Position numbers and translations under genes: made by a program
NCBI GenBank assembly: GCA_964019335.1
Contig: OZ025722.1
Location: 248,001 to 312,000, forward strand
DNA: 64,000 bases
Direction of reading: 5' to 3'
Source of the DNA: Diplonema japonicum
Taxonomy: Eukaryota; Protista; Euglenozoa: Diplonemea
Shown here: piece after piece, positions 11,601 through 24,400 of the stretch
How the letters are laid out: every line of letters begins with the position of its first letter
Numbering within the stretch: the stretch's first letter is position 1
Notes under the pieces: model-generated
The model's input: only the letters and a program-made list of their open reading frames with translations
Told to the model about the DNA's origin: nothing
The model's database searches: none

Positions 11601-14600
11601 AGCCCTATCAAGGAGCAGAGGCTGGCCTTCCGGAGCGGGGACGTGGTGATCCCCGCCGGGGTCGCCCTGCAGGGGCGCCTGAACTTCCTCGGCTGGGAGA
11701 TCGCGATCGACCTCGCGGTGAGCAAGACCCGCTTCTACATCAACGCCTGGATGGACCCGGTGGACCTGGACATCGGAGGGTTCAAGATGCGGATCGGGAA
11801 CCGCTTGGAGAACAAGGTGGCGGTGGGCGGGGCGAAGTTCCTGGTGGACCTGCAGGTGGCGCCGTCCCCGAGCGCCCTGATCGACATCGGGGGAGCCTTC
11901 GACATCCCGATGCTGAAGGCGTACGGCTACCTGAACGTGACCCTGAACGCGGAGATCTTCTCCTTCTCGGCGGGGATCAGCCTCTTCGGCGGGGCGCTGT
12001 CCTCGCACGTGAACGTGACCTGGAACTGGGACCTCACCTTCTTCAAGATGGAGCTGCGGGACATGAACTTCCTGGAGGTGGTGAAGATCAAGCAGGTCCT
12101 CTTCATGTACGACTTGACACAACCGATCCCGTACGCCATCTTCCAGTGCAAGATCCAGGTCCTGTTCATAAACCTCGAGGCGAAGGTGGAGGTGAACGGG
12201 AACGAGATCGACTTCGCGGTGACGGTGGACCTGGCGCTCGTGACGACGACGGTGAGCGGGCACGCGACGGTCGCCTCGAGCTTCGAGGACTCGGAGTTCG
12301 ACATCTCTGTGTCGGTGTCTCTGGGGGACCTGGGGCAGGCGATCGTGGACGGGATCAACGACGCGTGCAAGGCGGTGGCGAAGGTGGCGACGGAGGCCTG
12401 GAACTTCGTGGAGGGGAAGGTGCAGGCTTTGTGGACCGGGATCAAGGACGTCTTCAACAACGCTTTGAGCGCGATCAAGAACGCGGTCGGGGCCTTCCTG
12501 GACAGCATCGAGGACGTGATCGCGGACGTGGTGGGGGCGCTGAAGGAGGTCCCGGTGCTCGGGAAGATCGTGGAGGCCGGTGAGAAGCTCCTGGACGGGG
12601 ACTTCGAGGGGGCGGCGCAGTCCTTCGGGAGCGCGATCGGGATCTTCAGCACGGAGGGGCACAAGATCGTGGACGCGGGGGGCAAGAACGAGTACGGGTG
12701 CAAGTACGTGAAGGAGCAGTGGAGGGAGTGCTGGTGCCACGGGCTGTGCGCCTTCGGGAAGACCTGCAAGACGAAGTCCGGGTCGAAGTACGCGGAGCCG
12801 GGGTGCATGGAGGACGTGGCGCTCGCGGCGGCGGAGGTGAAGACGAAGTCCGACAAGATGGCGAAGAAGAGGGGGGTGATCGACGACTCGAAGGAGATCA
12901 ACCCGGGGTTGGAGAGCATCGACGCCGGGACGGCGGTCCCGATGCCGTCGCTGCAGCCGTCGACGGTGTCGGTGCCGTTCGGGTCGAACTCGGCGGCGGC
13001 GGCGGGGGCCTTCAACGGCGGGGTGAAGCAGTACGGCGGGAAGGGCTCTGGCGGCGGGCTGTCCGGGTCGGAGCAGGCGGTGTCCCTCAGCAACATGCCG
13101 TACGACTTCACGTCGCAGGCGAGCTACGACGCGAGCGTGGAGAACACGCAGAACAGGATGGTGACGGCGATGAAGGACAAGGCGCTGGAGAAGCAAGGGG
13201 GGATGGGGAGCGACATCAGCAGCGAGGCGGGGCTGGTGGCGCGGAACCCCCCGGTCCTCGGGGCCGCGACCTCGTACACCTTCCGCTGCGACCAACCGAT
13301 CAACCTGGACAGCCTGAAGCCGCAGCCCGTGTACATCGACCCCGCGTGCACCTCGGGGGCCGTGGTGGTGATGCTGAGGAAGACCACGCTCCCGACCTCG
13401 CAGTTCCCGAACAGGATCTGCGGCTCCTACTTCCTGGAGGTGGTGTGGCAGCTGCAGGACAACCCGGCCTGCGGGGGGACCTCGGACGAGGTGAAGCAGA
13501 TCATCACGGTGGAGCCGGCCCCGCCCGCCTTCTCCTTCTTCCCGGCGGACGCGCACATCAACACGCAGCAGACCCTGGACCCGGCGGTGCTGGGGATCGC
13601 GGAGGGGGAGTCCCCCTGCAAGCAGGAGTTCGACATCTTCTCCGTGGACAGCGACCCGAAGCCGGTGGAAAACCAGTGCGGGAAGTGGACGATCGAGAGG
13701 ACGTGGACGATCGTCCCCTACTTCTCCGACGCGGTGTGCACGGGGACCTTCGCGGACAGCAGCAGCAGGATCCAGACCATTTATATCACGGACGAGACGG
13801 CCCCTGTCTTCACCTACACCCCCGGGGCGGAAATAGAGGTTCCCTTCTTCGAGAACTTCGGGTCGGCGAACCCGATCCCGCTGACGGAGGAGCAGACGCA
13901 CGCCGACTTCGCGGGGATGAACCTGGTGTCGGAGCCGACGACGACGACCTCGGTGGACGGCCCGCTCGTGAGGCAGTCGGTGAACCTGGAGGACGAGCCG
14001 ACCTGCAGGGACCGCGGGCTCGCGCAGCAGACGAGGACCTGGACCACGACCGACAAGTGCGGGAACAGCAGGACCTTCCAGCAGACGGTGAAGGTGCAGC
14101 ACCCTCCGACCGCGCTGACGACGACGCAGCAGTGGACCCCGGCGGACCAGCTCTTCGTCCACTGGGTCGGGATAAACCAGCTCCCCGAGGTGTGCCACGC
14201 CGGGAAGGAGGTGGTCGGGGGCCCGAAGGGGTTCAAGCCGCTGGACGACTCGGCGACGGCGACGCACGACTGCGTGGACGCTCCCTGGACGGAGGACGGG
14301 TGCAGGAGGCTGGCCCCCGAGACCCCGACCTACACGGAGCAGGTCTACTCGGAGCCGCCGCGCTTCGTGAGCTTCCCCTCGGACATCACGATCAACACGA
14401 CGCACTCGCTCCACCCGGACAGCGGGCTGGGGAGCCTACTGCGGGACCCCCCTCAGCATCCCCTTCCGCGACGCGGAGCCCGTCCTCATCTCCTGCGGGG
14501 TGTGGGAGATCAAGCGAACCTGGAAGGTGCAGCCGCACTACAAGGACTGCGGGGAGGACTTCGACGCCTACCCGGACTCCCTGACGACGACGCGCGTGCA

Positions 14601-15954
14601 GACGATCACGGTGGAGGACCTGTTCGCCCCCGAGTTCATCGAGACCCCCGAGGCGGACCAGTTCGTGCACTTCCTGTCGGACTACGGCCCCTCGGTGACG
14701 GGGGTGCCCCTCGTGGAGGACATCGCGACCCACCCGGACATGGCAGCCCTGAACCTCGTCTCCTACCCGATCAAGCTGGAGTACGCGGACGTCGCCTTCG
14801 ACTTCCACAGCGACGCGCAGAGCTGCAGCGAGGGGCTCGCCGCGGTGACGAGGAGGTGGACCACCCGCGACCGCTGCGAGACCACGGCGACCTGGGAGCA
14901 GGTGGTGCGGGTGGAGCACCCGCGCGCGGAGGGCGGGATGGGGGAGATGGGGAACGCCACCCAGTTCCAGGCCTTCTCCGTCGGGGACATTTATTTGGAG
15001 AACACGACCGTCGGGGACGTCGGCTCCGTGGAGGAGGTGACCCTGAAGAGGAGCGTCGCCGACAGGGTCGTCGCGGGGATCGCGGAGCCGCTGACGGACC
15101 ACTGCGGGATGCCCGTCCAGGAGCTCGGGGACAGCGCAGCCGACAACATCACCGACTTCTCGGAGGCGCTCCTGAACCTCCCGCCCCTCCGCACGGGGGC
15201 CATGAAGATCACCTGCCCCGACCAGAACCAGTCCCTCTGCAAGGTCGACATGCTGACCCCCAACTCCACAACGAAGGTCACCATCGACGACGACAACAAC
15301 ATGCTGCTCGAGGGCGACGGCGACCTGTACAACATCTTCTCGGTGAAGGGGAACGAGTGGCTCATTCCTACTCCGGAACTTTTGCACAAGACCTGGTGGG
15401 GCTGGGACCACTGGCACCACAAGTGGAAAAAGGATTTGTGGGCAACAGACCCGAAGCCGACCATGACTGTGAGGGCATCTGGATGGGTCATCATGAACAT
15501 TAAGTACGGACACCTGGACCACAAGCTGGACACCCTGAGAGACACCATTTTCGAGGGGAAGTCCCTCGGGGCCCCCTTCACCATCTACAACATGAAGCAG
15601 ATCTGCGAGAGCCACAGCGACTGGCACAGGGAGAGGGAGTGCAGGTACATCCACCACTGGTGGGGCTGGCACCATTGGCACCACCATGGTCACCACCACG
15701 GGCACAGCCACCACGGGAACCACGGGCACCACACCTGGCACTGGCACTCCCACTGGAAGGGCTTCCACGACACCAACATGCTGCTGAAGAACGTGACCCT
15801 GCACGGGACCCTCGTCACCCAAGATGAGAGGGTGAGGCTCGAGATCGAGAAGTCGAGGGTCTATGGGCAGGTCATCTCCGCTGGGAGAAAATTGTACGTA
15901 GAGGACACACAGTTCCACTGCAACCTCTTCCCTGCCAACACCCCGTGCCCGTAG
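8700..15954 (+). pseudogene. Giant secreted protein, copy 1, frameshifted (pseudogene, truncated variant or assembly error)
   Basis: Lacks AGGCCGAGCGGGGC (14 bp) at 14432/14433 relative to copies 2-4. The correct C-terminal frame continues in ORF 14500-15954. Confidence 0.8.
9432..9647 (+). repeat. 12-bp minisatellite encoding (PTPV)18, copy 1
   Basis: CCNACNCCNGTY units. Confidence 0.95.
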
Positions 15955-17086
15955 TAGCGATGGCTGTCAAGAGGGGAAGGGCTTACTTCGACACTAGTTT
16001 GTATGCGCGGATTTATAGCCGTTGAGGCTAGTCATTTTGTGGAGTTGTTTGCCTTTACTTTTTCATTCTTTTTTTTTCTCTTTTTATCTATACTATTTTA
16101 TTTTATTTTTTTTAGCCACTCCGGAATTTCACAGACTTTTCTGCTCTGATGTTTCAAATGTGGGTTCTTGAAGAAGTTTTATTCTCATCACTTTACTATT
16201 GTTGAGCGAGACAGGGGGTTGTATTGAGTACTCGCAAATCCGTCCCCCCCCCCCCCCCCCCCCCTTGTAGAACTTAGGGACAGTAAAGAAAAAAGAAAAG
16301 AAAAAGAGAGAAGAGGAAGGGGGGGGGGGGGGGGGAAAGGGCTTAATAATGGCTTTGGCTCCAAAAGAAAAAAAAAAGAAGCACGTTCTCCTCTTGTTCT
16401 TTTTTTTTTTTTTTTAATATTTTTCTATTTTTTTCTGTTGTTCCAGTATTATCTCCCCCCTTTTCCGGCCTCTCATCTTTTTGGTTTCCGATGACCTTGA
16501 TCTCACCTTCTTGTGTTTTCATTTCCCAGTAAAATTGTGTAAGATGGCTATCATCATGGACTTGTGATGTGGAGCGGAGGTTATCGTCAATTGTAAAGAA
16601 CACATCAACACAGGTAGAAGCCCGGGTGTGGAAATGAAAAAGGGAGTTGAGAAGGAAGCAAAGGAGAGAGTCTGGCTTGTCTAGACCTGGAAGGAGGGGA
16701 GCAAAGAAGAGAGAGAGGGGAAAAGAAATATTTTTTTAGCCAATATTTTTTTTTTATAGACTAACGTTTTCTTTCATTTTTTTTTTCTTTCGCTTCAAAT
16801 CCGTTAAGTGACCCGGCCTTTGTTCCATAGTGGTTTCTCGCAGGGGCCACATAGATTTTTCCAGAAAATCCATAGGGGCCACATTGGGCCCTGTCTCGAG
16901 AAAGCAATTGGAAATTTTGTTTGTTCGTCATTTCGTCGATTTCTGTTGTGACGCTTAACGGATCCGGGGTGTTTGAAAAATATTTTCCTACAAAAACAAA
17001 ATGTTGTAAAAAAAAAAAGTAGAACGGGAAAAAAAAAAAAAAAAAAAAGAGAAAAAAGGATTTTTTTTAAAGGGGTAAAAAAGAAG

Positions 17087-17120
<34 letters not shown>

Positions 17121-17688
17121 AGACGAGAAGGCCGACGACCCTTTATTTTTTTTTTTGTTGTTCCTGCCTCTCGGTATTACCCTTTTTTTTTTGTTTGCCT
17201 TTTAATATCTTTTTTTTTTGTTTCCTTTTATTGAGGGTGGTCCACAATCGGATTTGCCCTTAAATATCGCTTCCCCCCTCCCCTACTGGACCCCCTTCCA
17301 TTTACACTTCCATTCAGTGTTGTTTCTGTTGTTCATAACGCATAAACCGGGGGGGGGGGGGGGGGGGGGGAATACATACAGTGCCCAAGAAACACTTTTT
17401 GCATTTTCCTTGAATTCCCGTTCCAAAGGCGTGTCAAGTCAGGTAGGGATCGCGCCTGCATTACCTCTGCAGAAACTCTCTTCTATGAGCTCATCCACAA
17501 TACAATTTGCACACTCGTTTTAAAAATAAAGCAACCGGCGAGCATTTTGATCTATATGGTTGATCAAGCCTAGACCGCACACAAAGTGGTGGACTACTTT
17601 TCTACTTAGAAATTTAACAGGGGTTCTTTGCTACCCTAGGAGGGTCATTTGTGTGGATATTTTTTTCCCGGACGAGCTCATATAAAAA

Positions 17689-17719
<31 letters not shown>

Positions 17720-17829
17720 GTAAACAGCATGCAACTCCCCTTTGCGCACTGAAATATTCTGAGCTACGTCCCAAACCTTGATTTGGCCACATCAAAGGTA
17801 TAACTAGCTCAGTCAATCCTGAATATTCT

Positions 17830-17870
<41 letters not shown>

Positions 17871-18329
17871 TTTCTATTATTCTTCCTCTCTTTCTTCCTC
17901 CCTCCCCCCCCCTTTTTTTTACACATAGGTACTCTTGCTGGTGATGATCTTTTCTCTTCTTTGAAAGAGATCAAGTCCAAGAAACATACCTTTACTCCCC
18001 CCCCCTTTATTATCACAAGCACATATTTTCTTCTTTATTTTTTCTCTACCCCCCCCCCCCCCCTCTTCCTCTTTACTTTTTGGTTTTTCCACCTACACAA
18101 CCACTCCAAATATCGTGGCGTCGTTCGCGTTTTATTTTGTTATTTTTTCTGCTTCTTTTTTTTCTCTTCTTTTTTAGTTTGCGTACATCCAGCACACTAC
18201 TTTAAAAAAAAATACTTTGGTACATTCCAAACTTCCTCTTTTGTCCCCCCCCCCCCCCCCCCTCTCTCTCTCTCACCATTAACCCCTTTCCTTCTATTTT
18301 TTACAAGTAACAAAAGCAATTGTCACTTA

Positions 18330-18338
18330 CAACAGGTT
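18330..18338 (+). promoter_or_regulatory. Candidate spliced-leader trans-splice acceptor (CAACAG|GTT), also at 8620-8628, 27081-27089 and 35851-35859
   Basis: CAACAGGTT is kept 75-100 nt upstream of the ATG in all four copies, even where surrounding sequence differs, and lies downstream of pyrimidine-rich tracts. Confidence 0.55.
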
Positions 18339-18427
18339 GACAAACAAACAAAAAAAAAAAGAAAAAGACTAAAAAGGGGAAGCACCCCATCTCCCTTTTA
18401 AAAAAAAAAAAAAAAAAAAAAAAAGCA

Positions 18428-21400
18428 ATGGTCAGAAGCCGCATGCCGCTTCTGTTATGGAGCGCGTCACTGCTTGTGGTGCTCGCGGGGGCGCAGGACA
18501 CGGCACCGTCTACGACAACGACCTCTGAGCCGCTGACGGTGTTCTCTCTGGCGTCGTCTCTGTCGGAGACGGTGGACGCCTTCAGGGGGACGGTGGCGGA
18601 CGCGCTGGTGGACCGGGCGGACGCCCTGATCGACGCGCTCGGGGTGAAGAGCGCTGTGGAGGCGATGGTGGAGAGCACGGATCGACTGAACGACCTGAAG
18701 GACCAGACGGTGGAGGCCCTGGACAACATGATGGACTTCCTGGAAGGGGACGAGGTGGACACCTACACGGACGAGCTGACGAACCTCGCGACGAACCTGA
18801 AGCCCTACATCCGAACCTTCTCTGGACAGTGCAACTCGTCGGTGGCCTCGGCAAGCAGGAAGGCCCTGCTCCTGGAGGCGTCGCAGAACCACCTGAAGAG
18901 GCGTATCGCGAAGCCGCTGGCGAGGAACTGCGACCAGCAGGCCTTCGGGTGCCCGCTCTTCACGGTGACCCTTGGCTTCGACGTCTCTTACACGCGCTTG
19001 AAGAAGGGGAACTTCCACTTCACCCCCTCTGTGGGGCTCGGGGTGAGCGTCGGGGTGGACACGGCCCCTCTGGACAACTGGTACAACCACATCTTTGTCG
19101 GGATCGGTCTTGGTTGGGGTGTTGGTTTCAGCTATGAGTACACGGCTGCTCCTGCTGTTCCTACCCCTGTCCCCACACCTGTTCCTACCCCTGTCCCTAC
19201 ACCGGTTCCTACACCTGTTCCTACACCTGTCCCTACACCTGTTCCTACACCTGTTCCTACACCGGTTCCTACACCGGTTCCTACACCTGTCCCCACACCT
19301 GTTCCGACCCCTGTCCCCACCCCTGTCCCTACACCTGTTCCGACTCCGGTTCCGACCCCTGTCCCCACCCCTGTCCCCACGCCGGCCCCTACCCCGGAGC
19401 CCTCGAGCGCGTGCACGACGGACAACGACTGTGGGCTGGACGAGGTCTGCACGATGGGGCTGTGCGTGATGGAGACGACGACGAAAGGGGGGAGGAAGGC
19501 GCTGTCCGTGGAGGAGAGGCGGGAGGCGGAGCTGCTCGCAGCGCCGACGGACAAGAAGGGTTTCTTCGCGAACACGAAGTTCGAGCTGTCTTTGTCGGTG
19601 GAGTGGTTCGCGAACGCGGGGGCGTACAGCGGCTTCGCCTTCACGATCGGGGTGGACATGCCGGAGATCGTGCAGGCGGTGACGGGGATCGAGGGGGCGA
19701 CGATCGTCTTCACGCACCCGCACTGGAGGTGCTTCGAGGTGGTGTCGGCGAGCAACTGGTGGGGGAGCGTGCTTTTCGGAGGGTTCGGGCTGACCCTGAA
19801 GTCGTGGGAGCTGTTCACGAAGACGAACGCGCAGGCGACGGGAGAGATGGACGCGGCGATCGACGGGCTGCAGGAGAAGGTGAAGAAGTCGCTTCCGGAG
19901 GTGATCGCGAGTTGGAAGAAGCAGCGGGCGGAGGCGATCACCGACGCGCTCGGGAACAAGTGGTCCGGGATCGGGTTCAGCCTCGGGATGGCGGCGACCT
20001 TGGAGGACACGAACGACAAGACGAGTTTGGGGTACCGAAAGGAGGAGTGCCCGTTCAACACCCCGGAGCCCCCTGCGGTTCCCGAGGCGAACGACACGGC
20101 TTCTATCAACAACAACAACAACAACAAGAACGGCGGCGGCTCAAGGGAACTCTTGGACTCAGCATCAGACCTCGGAGACTTCGTGGAACTGATAAGACCA
20201 GTCCTCAGAGACGGAGAGGTGACGATGCCCTTCTGCCTCGGAGCCTGCAGCAACCCGACCCCGACCACCTCGATCTCGGGGACCGGACGGATCGGGCAGG
20301 CAACGACCTGCGACGGGGTGGAGGCGAGCGTGTGGTTGGACCAAATAACGATGGCGAACGTGGCCTACCTGGTGACGAGCAACTTCGACAGGGACGTGGC
20401 GAACGCCCTGGACACGATCCTGTCGCCCGTGCTGTCCTTCGGGATCCAGGACACGAAGCTCGCCCTCGCGGCGACGACCTCCGGGGTGAAGCTGTACGCG
20501 ATCGGGTCGCCGAAGCTTCCGGACGTGCTGGAGGGGGACTTCTTGGAGGTGATCGCGGACCTCACGTCGAGCTTCCGGGTGTCGGCGAGCGCGGAGCTGA
20601 CGTTCTCCGGGTCGGCGGTGCTGGAGCTGCGGGTGGGGACGGACCCGGACAACTCGGAGAGCAACTTCGCCCTCGTGAACACGGCGGGGACCCTCGGGAT
20701 GAGCATCTACATCCAGTTCGAGCACGTGTTCGGGGGGACGCCGACGCAGAGCCTCGGGGTGAACATCCCGCTGAAGATCTGCGTGGAGCGGTGCTCTGAG
20801 GTCTACGCGAACCGCTACTTCCTGTTCCTCATCGGGGACCTGTCGCTGGTGGTGAGCCCGACGGCGCAGCTGGTGCGCGGGACCCTCACCATGGACGGGT
20901 GGTGGTACCGCGCCTTGGGGCTCCCCTTCCTCCACATCGGGGACATCGTCCTCGGGGCGGAGTGGGACCTGAAGTCCCCGATCCCGACAGGGTTCGTTAT
21001 CGGGGGCGCGGTCTGCCTCGGGAAGGAGGCGAACTGCAAGACGGACACGGCGCCCTTCATCGAGGGCCGCACCTACGTCGGGGTGAGCGCGACCCTCCCG
21101 GAGGACAACTTCTTCATCGCGATGGTGTCGGAGCTCACCATCGGCGGGGTCATCGACCTCGTGTCGGAGTACGTCCCCGCCCTGGACACGGTGTCGATCC
21201 CGGGGAAGCTCGGGGAGTCCGGGATCTACCCCTACGACAAGGACTACAAGACGAAGTGCGCGGGGCAGCTGGACGGCTACGCGAACGAGACCACGCTGGA
21301 TTTGGAGTGCTTCGCCTTCTTCTCCTTCAGCCCTATCAAGGAGCAGAGGCTGGCCTTCCGGAGCGGGGACGTGGTGATCCCCGCCGGGGTCGCCCTGCAG

Positions 21401-24400
21401 GGGCGCCTGAACTTCCTCGGCTGGGAGATCGCGATCGACCTCGCGGTGAGCAAGACCCGCTTCTACATCAACGCCTGGATGGACCCGGTGGACCTGGACA
21501 TCGGAGGGTTCAAGATGCGGATCGGGAACCGCTTGGAGAACAAGGTGGCGGTGGGCGGGGCGAAGTTCCTGGTGGACCTGCAGGTGGCGCCGTCCCCGAG
21601 CGCCCTGATCGACATCGGGGGAGCCTTCGACATCCCGATGCTGAAGGCGTACGGCTACCTGAACGTGACCCTGAACGCGGAGATCTTCTCCTTCTCGGCG
21701 GGGATCAGCCTCTTCGGCGGGGCGCTGTCCTCGCACGTGAACGTGACCTGGAACTGGGACCTCACCTTCTTCAAGATGGAGCTGCGGGACATGAACTTCC
21801 TGGAGGTGGTGAAGATCAAGCAGGTCCTCTTCATGTACGACTTGACACAACCGATCCCGTACGCCATCTTCCAGTGCAAGATCCAGGTCCTGTTCATAAA
21901 CCTCGAGGCGAAGGTGGAGGTGAACGGGAACGAGATCGACTTCGCGGTGACGGTGGACCTGGCGCTCGTGACGACGACGGTGAGCGGGCACGCGACGGTC
22001 GCCTCGAGCTTCGAGGACTCGGAGTTCGACATCTCTGTGTCGGTGTCTCTGGGGGACCTGGGGCAGGCGATCGTGGACGGGATCAACGACGCGTGCAAGG
22101 CGGTGGCGAAGGTGGCGACGGAGGCCTGGAACTTCGTGGAGGGGAAGGTGCAGGCTTTGTGGACCGGGATCAAGGACGTCTTCAACAACGCTTTGAGCGC
22201 GATCAAGAACGCGGTCGGGGCCTTCCTGGACAGCATCGAGGACGTGATCGCGGACGTGGTGGGGGCGCTGAAGGAGGTCCCGGTGCTCGGGAAGATCGTG
22301 GAGGCCGGTGAGAAGCTCCTGGACGGGGACTTCGAGGGGGCGGCGCAGTCCTTCGGGAGCGCGATCGGGATCTTCAGCACGGAGGGGCACAAGATCGTGG
22401 ACGCGGGGGGCAAGAACGAGTACGGGTGCAAGTACGTGAAGGAGCAGTGGAGGGAGTGCTGGTGCCACGGGCTGTGCGCCTTCGGGAAGACCTGCAAGAC
22501 GAAGTCCGGGTCGAAGTACGCGGAGCCGGGGTGCATGGAGGACGTGGCGCTCGCGGCGGCGGAGGTGAAGACGAAGTCCGACAAGATGGCGAAGAAGAGG
22601 GGGGTGATCGACGACTCGAAGGAGATCAACCCGGGGTTGGAGAGCATCGACGCCGGGACGGCGGTCCCGATGCCGTCGCTGCAGCCGTCGACGGTGTCGG
22701 TGCCGTTCGGGTCGAACTCGGCGGCGGCGGCGGGGGCCTTCAACGGCGGGGTGAAGCAGTACGGCGGGAAGGGCTCTGGCGGCGGGCTGTCCGGGTCGGA
22801 GCAGGCGGTGTCCCTCAGCAACATGCCGTACGACTTCACGTCGCAGGCGAGCTACGACGCGAGCGTGGAGAACACGCAGAACAGGATGGTGACGGCGATG
22901 AAGGACAAGGCGCTGGAGAAGCAAGGGGGGATGGGGAGCGACATCAGCAGCGAGGCGGGGCTGGTGGCGCGGAACCCCCCGGTCCTCGGGGCCGCGACCT
23001 CGTACACCTTCCGCTGCGACCAACCGATCAACCTGGACAGCCTGAAGCCGCAGCCCGTGTACATCGACCCCGCGTGCACCTCGGGGGCCGTGGTGGTGAT
23101 GCTGAGGAAGACCACGCTCCCGACCTCGCAGTTCCCGAACAGGATCTGCGGCTCCTACTTCCTGGAGGTGGTGTGGCAGCTGCAGGACAACCCGGCCTGC
23201 GGGGGGACCTCGGACGAGGTGAAGCAGATCATCACGGTGGAGCCGGCCCCGCCCGCCTTCTCCTTCTTCCCGGCGGACGCGCACATCAACACGCAGCAGA
23301 CCCTGGACCCGGCGGTGCTGGGGATCGCGGAGGGGGAGTCCCCCTGCAAGCAGGAGTTCGACATCTTCTCCGTGGACAGCGACCCGAAGCCGGTGGAAAA
23401 CCAGTGCGGGAAGTGGACGATCGAGAGGACGTGGACGATCGTCCCCTACTTCTCCGACGCGGTGTGCACGGGGACCTTCGCGGACAGCAGCAGCAGGATC
23501 CAGACCATTTATATCACGGACGAGACGGCCCCTGTCTTCACCTACACCCCCGGGGCGGAAATAGAGGTTCCCTTCTTCGAGAACTTCGGGTCGGCGAACC
23601 CGATCCCGCTGACGGAGGAGCAGACGCACGCCGACTTCGCGGGGATGAACCTGGTGTCGGAGCCGACGACGACGACCTCGGTGGACGGCCCGCTCGTGAG
23701 GCAGTCGGTGAACCTGGAGGACGAGCCGACCTGCAGGGACCGCGGGCTCGCGCAGCAGACGAGGACCTGGACCACGACCGACAAGTGCGGGAACAGCAGG
23801 ACCTTCCAGCAGACGGTGAAGGTGCAGCACCCTCCGACCGCGCTGACGACGACGCAGCAGTGGACCCCGGCGGACCAGCTCTTCGTCCACTGGGTCGGGA
23901 TAAACCAGCTCCCCGAGGTGTGCCACGCCGGGAAGGAGGTGGTCGGGGGCCCGAAGGGGTTCAAGCCGCTGGACGACTCGGCGACGGCGACGCACGACTG
24001 CGTGGACGCTCCCTGGACGGAGGACGGGTGCAGGAGGCTGGCCCCCGAGACCCCGACCTACACGGAGCAGGTCTACTCGGAGCCGCCGCGCTTCGTGAGC
24101 TTCCCCTCGGACATCACGATCAACACGACGCACTCGCTCCACCCGGACAGCGGGCTGGGGAGGCCGAGCGGGGCAGCCTACTGCGGGACCCCCCTCAGCA
24201 TCCCCTTCCGCGACGCGGAGCCCGTCCTCATCTCCTGCGGGGTGTGGGAGATCAAGCGAACCTGGAAGGTGCAGCCGCACTACAAGGACTGCGGGGAGGA
24301 CTTCGACGCCTACCCGGACTCCCTGACGACGACGCGCGTGCAGACGATCACGGTGGAGGACCTGTTCGCCCCCGAGTTCATCGAGACCCCCGAGGCGGAC

